Origin: an uncultured Thermoleophilia bacterium
GTDB lineage: Bacteria > Actinomycetota > Thermoleophilia > Gaiellales > Gaiellaceae
Direction: 5' to 3'
Assembly: GCA_963806025.1 (NCBI GenBank)
Contig: CAWDWI010000013.1
Span: forward strand, 100,478-164,477
DNA length: 64,000 nucleotides
A program made the position numbers and the translations under genes. Below, one piece after another: positions 26,201-34,611 of the stretch. Every line of letters starts with the position of its first letter. Position 1 is the stretch's first letter. Below the pieces are notes generated by a model. That model saw only the letters and a program-made list of their open reading frames with translations, did no database searches and was not told the DNA's origin.

Positions 26201-28536
26201 AGACGACCGACGCGATCATCGGGACACCCGTGGCCGACTGGGCGCAGTACTTCGCCGGCACCGGTACCGGCTTCGTGGGCAATACGGGCTTCGGCCTCGG
26301 CAACACGGACAGCGTCGCCTTCTCCGAAGAGCTGATGGCCGACTTCGCCGGCCATCTCGATCGGACCGTTTCGATCGGTCAGGCACTCAACCTCGCGAAG
26401 GAGGATTACTTCCTCTCGCGCGATGCCTTCAGCTCCTACGACGAGAAGACGCTCTCGGAAGCCGAGCTCTACGGCCTGCCGATGTACGGCGTCGGCGCCC
26501 CGCCGGCCCCGCTCGGGGCGCCCGCCCCGTCGCCGCGCACGTTGCCGGATCCGGTGCGCGGCACCGCGAGCTCCACGAGCCCCTCCACCGGCCTGCTCGC
26601 CCCGTTCGCAGGGTCCGTGCAGGCCGCGGGCTTCGACGTCACGCCGATCTTCTCCACCCCGGCAACCCCCGGCCAGCACGGCAGCTACTACACGAACGCC
26701 GGACAGGTTCAGGCGCCGAACTACCGGCCGCTCCAGCCGTACGTGACGCTGCCGGCGAGCCGCACCAACATGACCGCGCACGGCGTCGTGATCGACACCC
26801 TCGCCAGCGAGGACCACACGGGGTTCAACCCGGACAACGTGCGGCCGACCGTCGACCTGACCGCGAACGAGCCAGAGCCGCAGTTCACCGACCAGGCCTG
26901 GCCGACCAAGGTGCCGACCCTCGTGTCGCTCACCGACCCGAACGGGCTTCAGCAGCGGCTGAACCTGACGACCGGGCAGTTCTTCACGTCCACGGACGGC
27001 GGCACGCAGACCGAGCGGCTCTGGACGCAGATCGGCGGCCGAGTCACCTATTCCCAGAGCGCGGACTTCGTGCCACCGACCGTCGACCAGATCGACGCTT
27101 ACCTCACAGGCAGCACCGTGACGTTCACCGGGCACTTCAGCGATCGCACCGAAACCGGTGCCGCCGGCACCGTCACGTTCGCCCAGGTCGTGTACGACGT
27201 CAACAACACCGGCACCTGGAAGAGCGTGCAACTCGTTCAGGACGGGACCGGCGCCTGGTCGGGCGGCGCGCCGTTCACCGGAACGCGTGTGCAGTACTTC
27301 GCCGAGGTCTGCGACGCCGCCGGCAACTGCGGCTACAGCTCCAACAAGGGACGCTATTTCGACGCCGTGCCTCTGCCGACGACGACGGGCTCGATCACGC
27401 TCACGCCAAGCGGCACGGTCGGAACCGGCGGTTGGTACAGGAGCAGCGTCAACGTCACCGGAACCAGCTCGACCCCAGGCGTGACGATCACCGTCAGCGT
27501 GGACGGCGGCCCGTTCGCGCCGATTCCGGACACGGGGATCACGCTCACGGGCGACGGCGCACACACGCTCAAGGCGCTGGGCTCGGACGGCTCCAAGGCG
27601 ACGACCGTCGTCCTGATCGACAAGACGGCGCCCACGATCGCGTTCGCACCGAGCACCGTGGCTTTCGGTTCACACGTGCCGGCCTTCACGTGCCTCGACA
27701 GCGGATCCGGCGCCGCAGTGTGCGCAGGCACCCAGAACGGTTTGCCGGCCAACGGCGGCGATCTGCTGAAGACGTCGAGCGTGGGAACCGTTCAACTGAC
27801 CGCGCACGCCACCGACGTCGTCGGCAATCAGGTCGACGCCGCCCAGACGGTGCAGATCGTCAAGGCAACGCCGACCCTGACCTGGCCCGCGCCGGCCCCG
27901 ATCAGCTACGGCACCAAGCTCAGCGCGATCCAGCTGAACGCAACCGCCTCGGCCAACAGCCTCCCCCTGCCGGGCACCTTCTCCTACAGCCCGCCGGCAG
28001 GCACCGTTCTGGCGCCGGGCAGCCAGACGCTCTCGGTCACGTTCACGCCGACCGATTCGACCGACTACACCACCGTTTCGAAGAGCGTCACCATCTCGGT
28101 CGGCTTCACACAAGCGTGCATCACCACGAGCAGGACCGGCCCATTGACCGTCGCGAACGGCCAATCCGTCTGCGTCTCGAGCGGCGGCAAGCTGGTCGGC
28201 CCTGTGACGGTGCAGGCGGGCGGCTCGCTCTGGATCAACGGTGGTGCCGTCACCGGCCCGTTCACCGCGACGAGCGCGGCCGTTCTGACGCTGTGCGGCT
28301 CGACGATGACCGGGCCTGTCACCGTGACCACATCGGTCGGCTACGTCCTCTTCGGCGGCACGGGCTGCGCCGGCAACACGTTCACCGGGCCCGTCAGCGT
28401 CACGAAGGGCACAGGTGGCCTCAGCTTCGTCGGCAACAAGGTGGTCGGGCCGCTGACGATCACCAACAACAAGGGCGGCTTCGCCTACTCCGGGAACACG
28501 GTCACCGGCCCTGTGACCGTCTCCGGAAACAGCTGA
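23263..28536 (+). CDS. Giant secreted protein, part 2: PINGL pentapeptide arrays, DUF11/CARDB-like domain, PPC (pre-peptidase C-terminal) domain, putative clan-CD peptidase-like core, Ig-like domains, C-terminal TGPVTV solenoid
   Basis: 1757-aa ORF with no signal peptide of its own. PPC-like GEVDYYKIPMPPAGTRLLVHLTNLPADYDLALYSP. A His..Cys pair (WNGHYDN / FLTMGCHAGF). An Ig-like segment (TPTLTWPAPAPISYGTKLSAIQLNATAS...TFSYSPPAGTVLAPGSQTLSVTFTPTDSTDYT). Confidence 0.75.
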   Translation: MIYAAALAAGQGSTPTGVASNLTGAGSVAMSGPNDPISSIPLSAFAPAQPGVTPAPINGLPINGLPINGLPINGLPINGLPINGLPINGLPINGLPINGLTISGFPINGLPINGLPINGLQIPGGWTAVLAGTALAGKPLQTITLQQVLALNPQPAAVRNLTLGNLLVADSALGQETIGALTLGTTPINRFGTEAASIETQLQAWCTGVAGAANCSLASIGSQNLFALSLAGAPINGLPINGLPMNGLPINGLPINGLPINGLNLSASPINGLPINGLPINGLPINGLPAVTLATVVDCTKAGVHCLSSQTLGEAAALGGIKSTATILDLLRILLADGSPVQNTLTLGDVMGLLIKSADVPWETLPPRLLSVFDTSRPTAHMNANFTLQGTGQGTGSATVKVTLPAGFDFKPGSAQLQIGGPPSAGLGDPTIDTQANTLTWTVPNVPFNTPSTISFDTWSGSSVGPTQATESVTSGGFTGSGTVPFSVTDGFDNNTPATATTISPDTNVEMSAIASPGEVDYYKIPMPPAGTRLLVHLTNLPADYDLALYSPTTTSVRTGTSAVPGPPLQDGTIADQSLSLQNGGSNTQLTPTALQDIPDPGIPVVQVSANRGTDDEDVGMVSPGGGGFATIAVFGYNGASSPDPYSLRVTTQAPPGINCSPRTLTGGTAGTVPSIASLPSNLNTLILVNEKRIGATYGAADETSVVSSLTHLAGDATLGVSGAVIPVEGLAQAQYTAWDANPCNVNAANAVANAIADEIAAVKTQRPGLKYVVFAGGDDQIPFFRTPDLSRIANETGFAGMFNNNEYYGALASSDLLTDNPYLDTRPVPASGRQLFIPDLAGGRLVETPTQIANAVTSFENSNGTLRSSTAFVSGYDFVTDGSQLVTQRLQSILGTPSVKSLIDTTTPFVPATSWSKNGLLNAAFPPLGQAAINDWNGHYDNTRALMANGDLLSASELTGTHAFSGGIFLTMGCHAGFQTTDAIIGTPVADWAQYFAGTGTGFVGNTGFGLGNTDSVAFSEELMADFAGHLDRTVSIGQALNLAKEDYFLSRDAFSSYDEKTLSEAELYGLPMYGVGAPPAPLGAPAPSPRTLPDPVRGTASSTSPSTGLLAPFAGSVQAAGFDVTPIFSTPATPGQHGSYYTNAGQVQAPNYRPLQPYVTLPASRTNMTAHGVVIDTLASEDHTGFNPDNVRPTVDLTANEPEPQFTDQAWPTKVPTLVSLTDPNGLQQRLNLTTGQFFTSTDGGTQTERLWTQIGGRVTYSQSADFVPPTVDQIDAYLTGSTVTFTGHFSDRTETGAAGTVTFAQVVYDVNNTGTWKSVQLVQDGTGAWSGGAPFTGTRVQYFAEVCDAAGNCGYSSNKGRYFDAVPLPTTTGSITLTPSGTVGTGGWYRSSVNVTGTSSTPGVTITVSVDGGPFAPIPDTGITLTGDGAHTLKALGSDGSKATTVVLIDKTAPTIAFAPSTVAFGSHVPAFTCLDSGSGAAVCAGTQNGLPANGGDLLKTSSVGTVQLTAHATDVVGNQVDAAQTVQIVKATPTLTWPAPAPISYGTKLSAIQLNATASANSLPLPGTFSYSPPAGTVLAPGSQTLSVTFTPTDSTDYTTVSKSVTISVGFTQACITTSRTGPLTVANGQSVCVSSGGKLVGPVTVQAGGSLWINGGAVTGPFTATSAAVLTLCGSTMTGPVTVTTSVGYVLFGGTGCAGNTFTGPVSVTKGTGGLSFVGNKVVGPLTITNNKGGFAYSGNTVTGPVTVSGNS
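23428..23622 (+). repeat. Tandem 15-bp coding repeat, 13 units (CCGATCAACGGSCTS = Pro-Ile-Asn-Gly-Leu)
   Basis: Counted directly: 195 bp = 13 x 15. One degenerate pair is present (TISGF). A 60-nt higher-order duplication is visible: 23451-23500 is nearly identical to 23511-23560. Confidence 0.95.
23962..24126 (+). repeat. Second tandem 15-bp PINGL coding repeat, 11 units (one PMNGL, one NLSAS interruption)
   Basis: Counted directly: 165 bp = 11 x 15, in the same reading frame as the first array. Confidence 0.95.
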
Positions 28537-28547
28537 GTCGAAGTCCG

Positions 28548-31500
28548 CTAGGGCAGCGGCACGCGCGGCAGGGCGACGATGCCGAGGCGCTCGAGGATCG
28601 CCTCCGCCTCGCTCGCTTCCGCCTCCGAGGCGAAGCCGGTCACAACCTTTGCGTGCAAGGTGCGGCCGAGCTCGTATTCGGCGCCGAGTGAACGTGCAAG
28701 CCGGATGCTCTCGTCGAAATGCGGCTCCCCTTCCTCGGGCGTTCGCGCCTGCACGGCGGCGAGGCCGAGCAGCCGCTCGAGCAGGGCCGAGCGCACGCCG
28801 AGCTCGCCCGCGCTGCGCATGCGCCCTAGGGCCGTCGTCGCCAGCTCGACCACGTCGGCGTGGCGCCCCTCGAGGATGAACGCCTGCGCACGGCGGGCGT
28901 CCGCCTCGATCAGATAGCTCTCCGCACCGAGCGCCTCGAGCTGAGCACGCGCGTCGTCCAGGTATCGGTGGGCTTCGGCGAACCGCCCCTCCTCCGCCGC
29001 GAGGCGGCCGAGATTGATCATCACGAGCGCCTCACCGGCCGGGAACTTCGCCGCCCGGTAGGTGCGCAGCGCGACATCGAACAGCTCCGACGCCTCGTCC
29101 AGACGCCCCTGGTCGAGGAGGATCTCGGCGCGATTGTTCGTCGCATGCCCACCGGTGAGCACGTCGCCGGCCCGCCGGACAACCTCTTCGGAGCGGTGAT
29201 AGAGCGCGAGCGCCTCGTCCCAGGAGCCTTCGTAGTAGGCGCGCACGCCCATGTTGTTGAGGACGGTCGCCTGACGGTGCAGGAGGCCGAGCTCGTCGAA
29301 GATCGCGAGCGCCCGTTCGAGATACTCGCGGGCTGGGCCGCCGCGATCGCCTTCGGCGGCCGCCCGGACGTAATACGCGTCGGCCAGCGTTGCCCGGTCT
29401 CCGAGTGCGGACGCGCCGTCGGCAGCACGCATGGCGGCGGTCGCGCACTCCTCGATCTTTCCCTGCCGGTAGAGAACGATCGCTCGAGCGAGCTCGAGCG
29501 CCACACTGTCGGCCGCGTCCGCGTCCAACGCGCCCCGTTCGTAGAGCTCGAGTGCCTCGTCGTATCTGCCGCGGCGCTCGCTGGCGACACCCTGCTTTCG
29601 CAACAGCCGTGCGGAGGTCCCGCCGTGCTCCAGGGCGCGGCCGTACGCCGCCTCGGCGTCGTCGTACCGCGCCGCCAACTCGCGCACATCACCGAGCGCC
29701 TCGCACACCCGCGCCACATCCCCACTGTCCGGATCGAAGTGCCCCGCGGCGGCGAGCGCGCGCTCGTAGAGCGTCGCGGCGTCGATGTTCGCGTACTTCG
29801 AACGCGCATCGTCGCCGGCCTCGACCGCGTAGGCCCAGGCCTCGTCGAAGCGACCGGCTTCGAGAAAATGCAGCGACAAGACATCCGCCGGCGCCGGCCC
29901 GCCGGCCGACCGGCGCTCGATCGCATCGCCCACGCGCGCGTGAATCTCGCGCCGGCGCGCATACGAGAGACCGTCGTAGGCGGCGGTGCGGACCAGATCG
30001 TGTCGAAAGCGCAGCAGCCCGGGACCGACCCAGTCGACGAAGTCGGCGAGCCTCACCCACTGTTCGGGATCGTTCGCCTCGTCCGGCAGGATCTCGGCGA
30101 GGAGGTCGAGGTCGAAGGTCGGGCCGATCACCGAGGCGTGCCGGAGCAGCAGGCGATCGTTCGCCTCCAGTGTGTCGATGCGAATCGTCAGGAGCGACTC
30201 GACCGTCTCGGGCAACGCGTCGTCATCGGCCGGTGCCACCGCCAGCTCGCGGATGAAGAGCGGGTTGCCGGCCGCGCGCTGGGTGACTGCGGCGAGCTGG
30301 TCCTCGGACAATGCGAGGTCGCCCGCCGCAGCGAGCGCCAGGGCGCGCGCCTCCGCAACGCCAAGCGGCTCGAGCTCGAGTGCCAGGACATCGACGGCGG
30401 CGAGCGGCAGGCCCGACGGGCGCCGCGTGGCGACGATGAGCCAGGGCCGCGGCCCCGGCTGAGCGAGCTTCGCGAGCAGGAGCTGCGAGGCGTCGTCCAA
30501 CCAGTGCACGTCCTCGACCAGCAGGACCGTCGGCATGAGGAGCATGCGGGCCAGGAACTGGTCGAGCACGTCGTGCAGGCGGTCGCGCCGGAACACGGAA
30601 TCGATCTGGTCGACCTCGTCGGTGTCCGGCACGTCGGCGTCGAACGGCAGCGCGAGCAGAGGCAGCCACGGAGCGAGATCCGGCATCACCGTCTGCGCGA
30701 AAGCCGTCAGCTTCGCGCCGGCACTCTCCGGCGACTCATCGGGAAGGGCCCCGATCAGCGGACGGAGCATCGCCCTGAACGGGCCGAACGGCGTCGATGC
30801 CGAATACGGCTCGCAGCGGCCGCGGAGGAACTGAAATCCAAGGGAGATGGCGACGAGCTCCTCGACCAGCCGCGACTTGCCGGCACCCGGCTCGCCGACG
30901 ATCTCCACGGCGCGGCTCTGGCGCAGCCGCGCAGCGTCGACCGCCCCCGCCAGCAGCGCGAGCTCGTGCTCACGGCCGAAGAGCGGCAAAAGCGGGCGTG
31001 TCTCCTCGATCGTCTCGGTGCTGACCGCGCCGACCGCATGACCGGTGACCGGCCTCGCCTTCCCCTTCATCAGAAACTGGCGCGCCGTGGTGTCGAACCT
31101 CGTACGTGCCCTTTGCAGCACGTCACCCGTGGCCAGGATCTCGCCCTGTTCGGTCCGCGCCGCCAGCCTCGCTGCGAGGTTCACGGTGTCGCCCATCACG
31201 GCGTAGGTCGTCCGGATCGACGAGCCGATCGGCCCTGCGAGGACGGGACCGCGGTTCACACCGACACCGATCGCCGGCCCGACGCCTGCGTCGACGATCG
31301 CGCGCACCGCGCGGAGCATCCGATCTTCATCGTCACCCGCGCTCGACGGTGCGCCGGCGACGAGGTAGAGCTTGCCGCCGTCGTGGTCGATGTCGGACTC
31401 GAGCCAGGTGATGCCCAGCTCGTCTGTCTCGGACGAAACCGCGTCAGCCAGGGCGGCGAGCGCCGCCGCGGCCTCGTCGGGCGCCTCGACGAGCTGATCC

Positions 31501-32267
31501 GTCCCGCTGAACTTCACGAACGCGACGGTCACCTGCCGATGCTCGGCTTCGATCGCCCCGGTTGCGATCGGGCCGCGAAGCGTCGACGGCAGGAGGGCGG
31601 CGAGGTCGCCCAGGCCGTCCGGCTCTTCCTCCAGCAGAGGCGGTTCGGCAACCGCAGCGTCGCTGCGGAGCAGGAAGGCGCCGTCGCGTTCCGCCGCGAC
31701 CAGCCCCTCGAGCGCCTCGGCCGTCCGAGCCGAAACGAGCACCTCGCCCGACTCGGCCGCGTCCTCGAGCCCGAGCGTCGCCGAGGCGGCGGGGCCGCAG
31801 ACGATCAGCTCGCGGTGCGACCGGCCGACGAGGAAGAAGTGGCACTGCCCCGAGACGAGGCCGGCTGCCATGGCGAGGCGGACGGGGCCGACGCTCGACT
31901 CGCCGGATCCCGACTCGGCGACGAATGCCTGCATCGCGAGCGCAGCGCGTGCTGCTCGCTCCTCGTGCCGGTCGCCGTCGAAGAGCAGGAGCAGCGCGTC
32001 GCCACGGAACTTCAGGACGTCTCCGCCATAACGCTTCCCGATGTCGATCAGGCCGGAGTAACACCCGCTGATCAGCATGATCAACTCCTCGGCGCCGAGC
32101 TTGCCGCGCTCCGCGAGCCGCTCCGAAAGGGCCGTGAAGCCCGAGATGTCGAGGCCGAGCAGCGACGCATCCAGGACCCGTCCGACCTCGCCGCTTCGGT
32201 CCCGCTGCCAGGTCGCCGCCAGGCGCGGGACGAACGGCCGGAAGGCCGAGACGGTGTCGGTGATCAC
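28548..32267 (-). CDS. Tandem class III cyclase-homology domains + AAA/STAND ATPase + TPR protein (about 1239 aa)
   Basis: CHD-1: LGLDISGFTALSERL, KFRGDALLLLF. CHD-2: VTVAFVKFSG, YAVMGDTVNLAARLAARTEQGEILATGDV. P-loop IVGEPGAGKSRLVEEL. Long TPR-like C-terminus. GTG at 32267 lies 2 nt after the upstream TAA; the track ORF is extended to 32387. Confidence 0.8.
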   Translation of the reverse strand: MITDTVSAFRPFVPRLAATWQRDRSGEVGRVLDASLLGLDISGFTALSERLAERGKLGAEELIMLISGCYSGLIDIGKRYGGDVLKFRGDALLLLFDGDRHEERAARAALAMQAFVAESGSGESSVGPVRLAMAAGLVSGQCHFFLVGRSHRELIVCGPAASATLGLEDAAESGEVLVSARTAEALEGLVAAERDGAFLLRSDAAVAEPPLLEEEPDGLGDLAALLPSTLRGPIATGAIEAEHRQVTVAFVKFSGTDQLVEAPDEAAAALAALADAVSSETDELGITWLESDIDHDGGKLYLVAGAPSSAGDDEDRMLRAVRAIVDAGVGPAIGVGVNRGPVLAGPIGSSIRTTYAVMGDTVNLAARLAARTEQGEILATGDVLQRARTRFDTTARQFLMKGKARPVTGHAVGAVSTETIEETRPLLPLFGREHELALLAGAVDAARLRQSRAVEIVGEPGAGKSRLVEELVAISLGFQFLRGRCEPYSASTPFGPFRAMLRPLIGALPDESPESAGAKLTAFAQTVMPDLAPWLPLLALPFDADVPDTDEVDQIDSVFRRDRLHDVLDQFLARMLLMPTVLLVEDVHWLDDASQLLLAKLAQPGPRPWLIVATRRPSGLPLAAVDVLALELEPLGVAEARALALAAAGDLALSEDQLAAVTQRAAGNPLFIRELAVAPADDDALPETVESLLTIRIDTLEANDRLLLRHASVIGPTFDLDLLAEILPDEANDPEQWVRLADFVDWVGPGLLRFRHDLVRTAAYDGLSYARRREIHARVGDAIERRSAGGPAPADVLSLHFLEAGRFDEAWAYAVEAGDDARSKYANIDAATLYERALAAAGHFDPDSGDVARVCEALGDVRELAARYDDAEAAYGRALEHGGTSARLLRKQGVASERRGRYDEALELYERGALDADAADSVALELARAIVLYRQGKIEECATAAMRAADGASALGDRATLADAYYVRAAAEGDRGGPAREYLERALAIFDELGLLHRQATVLNNMGVRAYYEGSWDEALALYHRSEEVVRRAGDVLTGGHATNNRAEILLDQGRLDEASELFDVALRTYRAAKFPAGEALVMINLGRLAAEEGRFAEAHRYLDDARAQLEALGAESYLIEADARRAQAFILEGRHADVVELATTALGRMRSAGELGVRSALLERLLGLAAVQARTPEEGEPHFDESIRLARSLGAEYELGRTLHAKVVTGFASEAEASEAEAILERLGIVALPRVPLP

Positions 32268-32269
32268 TC

Positions 32270-32686
32270 TTACACCGCGTCTGGCGGGAGCCGCTCGGCG
32301 AGCGCCTGCAGGACCTTCTCGCCCACCGACGGCATCGCGTGCGTGACGCGCCGAAACGCGCGGTCGGTGAGGATCAGCAGATGGCACGGCGTCGTCGTCG
32401 TGACCGTGGCCGTCCGTGGGATCCCGGTCAGAAGCGCGATCTCACCAAGGAAGTCGCCGTCACCGAGGGTGTTGAGCTGCTCGCCCTTCCTGGACACTTC
32501 CGCGCTGCCGCTCACGAGCACCACGAACTCGCGGCCGCTTTGCCCCTCGACGGTGAGCGCGCGCCCGGCGGAAACGTCGAGCTCGTCGGCCTCAGCGGCG
32601 ATCGCCGCCAGCTCGCCCTTCGAGCAGCGCGCGAACAGCGGCACGGTTCTCAGCAGCTCCACCTTCGCGTTGCGGCGTAGCGCCAT
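32270..32686 (-). CDS. Stand-alone cyclic nucleotide-binding (CAP-family) domain protein, no HTH
   Basis: LLRTVPLFARCSKGELAAIA and the phosphate-binding cassette FLGEIALLTGIPRTATVTT. About 138 aa from ATG 32686 (alternative start 32719). The stop is 2 nt from the cyclase start. Confidence 0.8.
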   Translation of the reverse strand: MALRRNAKVELLRTVPLFARCSKGELAAIAAEADELDVSAGRALTVEGQSGREFVVLVSGSAEVSRKGEQLNTLGDGDFLGEIALLTGIPRTATVTTTTPCHLLILTDRAFRRVTHAMPSVGEKVLQALAERLPPDAV

Positions 32687-32757
32687 CGAGGCGATCGTAG
32701 TCGATCGCACACCTTCCAACTACGACGCCCCCGGTGAGTCGACTACGGTTCGCCCCC

Positions 32758-33570
32758 GTGAAGGCGCGGATCTGGGGATGCCGAGGCTCACTCGCCACAC
32801 CGGGCGAGACGACCGTGCGTTACGGCGGCAACACGACGTGCCTCGAACTGCGGAGCGCCGGCGGTGCGGTCGTCGTCATCGACGCAGGCACCGGCATCCG
32901 GAATCTCGGCCGCGCACTGGCCGACGAGTCGCTCCACCACCTCGACCTGCTCCTGACCCATCTCCACCTCGACCACATCGAGGGCCTCGGCTTCTTCGCG
33001 CTCCTGTTCGATCCGGAATCGACGATCAAGATCCACGGCCCCCGGCCGGCGGACGGCACGCTCAAGGAGAAGATCGCCGCGTACCTCTCCCCTCCGTACT
33101 TCCCCGTTCCCTTCGAACGGATCGATGCCAGGCTGAGCTTCGAGGAGATCGAGACGGACTCGTGGGACATCAACGGCCTGCGCATCTCCTCGGCTCCCGT
33201 GTGCCACCCGGGGCCGACGCTCGCGTACCGCATCGAAGAACACGGCGCGACATTCGCGTTCATTCCCGACAACGAGCCCGGGCTCGAGCCCGACTCGGGG
33301 CTCACGATCGCGGGCGGCGCGGATGTCCTCCTGCACGACTCTCAGTACACGGACGAGGAGTACACGACGCGCGTCGGGTGGGGCCACACCTCATTGAGCG
33401 ACTTCGCGACGTATCTTCGCGCCGCCGCTCCGCGGCGCGCCGTGATGGTCCACCACGATCCCGCGCACGCGGACACGCAGCTCGAAGAGATGCTGGCAGA
33501 GGCGCAAACTGCCTCCGGGCACGACGATCTCTCGCTCGGCCACGAGGGCCTCGAGATCGAGATCGGTTGA
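32758..33570 (+). CDS. MBL-fold metallo-hydrolase (candidate cyclic-nucleotide phosphodiesterase by context)
   Basis: VKARIWGCRGS N-terminus, HLHLDH (HxHxDH) motif, and HDSQY / GHTS / VHHDP later ligands. The alternative start at 32734 is from the track. Divergent from the cNMP-binding gene. Confidence 0.7.
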   Translation: MKARIWGCRGSLATPGETTVRYGGNTTCLELRSAGGAVVVIDAGTGIRNLGRALADESLHHLDLLLTHLHLDHIEGLGFFALLFDPESTIKIHGPRPADGTLKEKIAAYLSPPYFPVPFERIDARLSFEEIETDSWDINGLRISSAPVCHPGPTLAYRIEEHGATFAFIPDNEPGLEPDSGLTIAGGADVLLHDSQYTDEEYTTRVGWGHTSLSDFATYLRAAAPRRAVMVHHDPAHADTQLEEMLAEAQTASGHDDLSLGHEGLEIEIG

Positions 33571-33604
33571 CACACCGCCGGACAGGATCGATTAGGATCG
33601 CGCC

Positions 33605-34015
33605 ATGGCTGCGCCCATCGAACTGCTGAAGCAAGTTCCTCTGTTCCAGGGCCTGGACAACAAGAGCCTCAAGAGGCTGTCGGAGACGTTCATCGACCGG
33701 GCGTTCGTCCCGGACCAGGAGCTCGCGGTCGAGGGCAGCGGCGGCGTCGGGTTCTTCGTGATCGAGTCGGGCGAGGCGGTCGTGACCGTTGAAGGCGAGG
33801 AGCGGCGCACGCTCGGAGCCGGGGACTGGTTTGGCGAGATCGCGCTCCTCGACGCGGGTCTCCGCACGGCGACGGTCACCGCGAAGAGCGACGGCAAGAT
33901 GTACGGCCTCACGCAATGGCAGTTCCGGCCGCTCGTCGAGGAGAATGCGTCGATCGCCTGGCCGCTGCTGCAGGCGATGGCAAAACGCACCCGCGAGCTC
34001 GAACAGCGAAGCTGA
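33605..34015 (+). CDS. Stand-alone cyclic nucleotide-binding domain protein, no HTH
   Basis: LLKQVPLFQGLDNKSLKRLSE and the cassette FGEIALLDAGLRTATVTA. 136 aa. Confidence 0.85.
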   Translation: MAAPIELLKQVPLFQGLDNKSLKRLSETFIDRAFVPDQELAVEGSGGVGFFVIESGEAVVTVEGEERRTLGAGDWFGEIALLDAGLRTATVTAKSDGKMYGLTQWQFRPLVEENASIAWPLLQAMAKRTRELEQRS

Positions 34016-34046
34016 GGATCGGCGCGGAGGCGACTAGGATCGGCGC

Positions 34047-34607
34047 GTGACGCCGGTTCAGGACCTCAGTGACGAGCACCTGGTCGCCCGCTGCCGCGGC
34101 GGCGACTCCGAAGCGTGGGCGGTGCTCGTCGAGCGGTTCTCGCGGTACGTCTATGCCATCTGTGTCCGCGGCTTCCGTCTCTCGCCGCAGGACGCCGAGG
34201 ACGTGTTCCAGGACGTGTTCGCGAAGACGCACGAGCGGCTGGGGCGCTTGCGCGACGACGGCGCGATCCGGCCATGGATCGGCCAGCTCACACGGAGGTG
34301 CTGCATCGACAGGCTCCGCAGCACGCGCGAGGAAGACGCCGAGCCGGACGTCGATGTCGCCGACCCGTCCGACAATCTCCACGACGTCGAACAGGCCTTC
34401 GACGTCCAACAGGCGCTCAACACGCTCGGGGAGCCGTGTCACGAGCTGCTCGACCGGTTCTTCGCCCGCGATCAGAGCTACCGGACGATCGGTGCCGAGC
34501 TCGATCTTGCCGCAGGAACGATTGCGAGCCGCATTTCACGCTGCCTGGAGAAATTGAAGCTTCAGTTGGAAGATCCCGGCCACCCCGACCGTCCTGTAGA
34601 CGGGTGA
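34047..34607 (+). CDS. ECF-type RNA polymerase sigma-70 family factor
   Basis: Region 2: AWAVLVERFSRYVYAICVR..LSPQDAEDVFQDVF, RPWIGQLTRRCCIDRLR. Region 4: SYRTIGAELDLAAGTIASRISRCLEKLK. Confidence 0.85.
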   Translation: MTPVQDLSDEHLVARCRGGDSEAWAVLVERFSRYVYAICVRGFRLSPQDAEDVFQDVFAKTHERLGRLRDDGAIRPWIGQLTRRCCIDRLRSTREEDAEPDVDVADPSDNLHDVEQAFDVQQALNTLGEPCHELLDRFFARDQSYRTIGAELDLAAGTIASRISRCLEKLKLQLEDPGHPDRPVDG

Positions 34608-34611
34608 TTCG

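Noticed and set aside
24703-27564. 953-aa minus-strand ORF
   Set aside because: It is antisense to the giant secreted-protein gene. It is extremely Arg/Gly/Val-rich with no motifs, a typical high-GC shadow ORF.
28860-33629. 1589-aa plus-strand ORF, the longest in this part of the track
   Set aside because: It is antisense to cyclase 1 and runs across three independently supported genes on both strands. It is a low-complexity Arg-rich translation.
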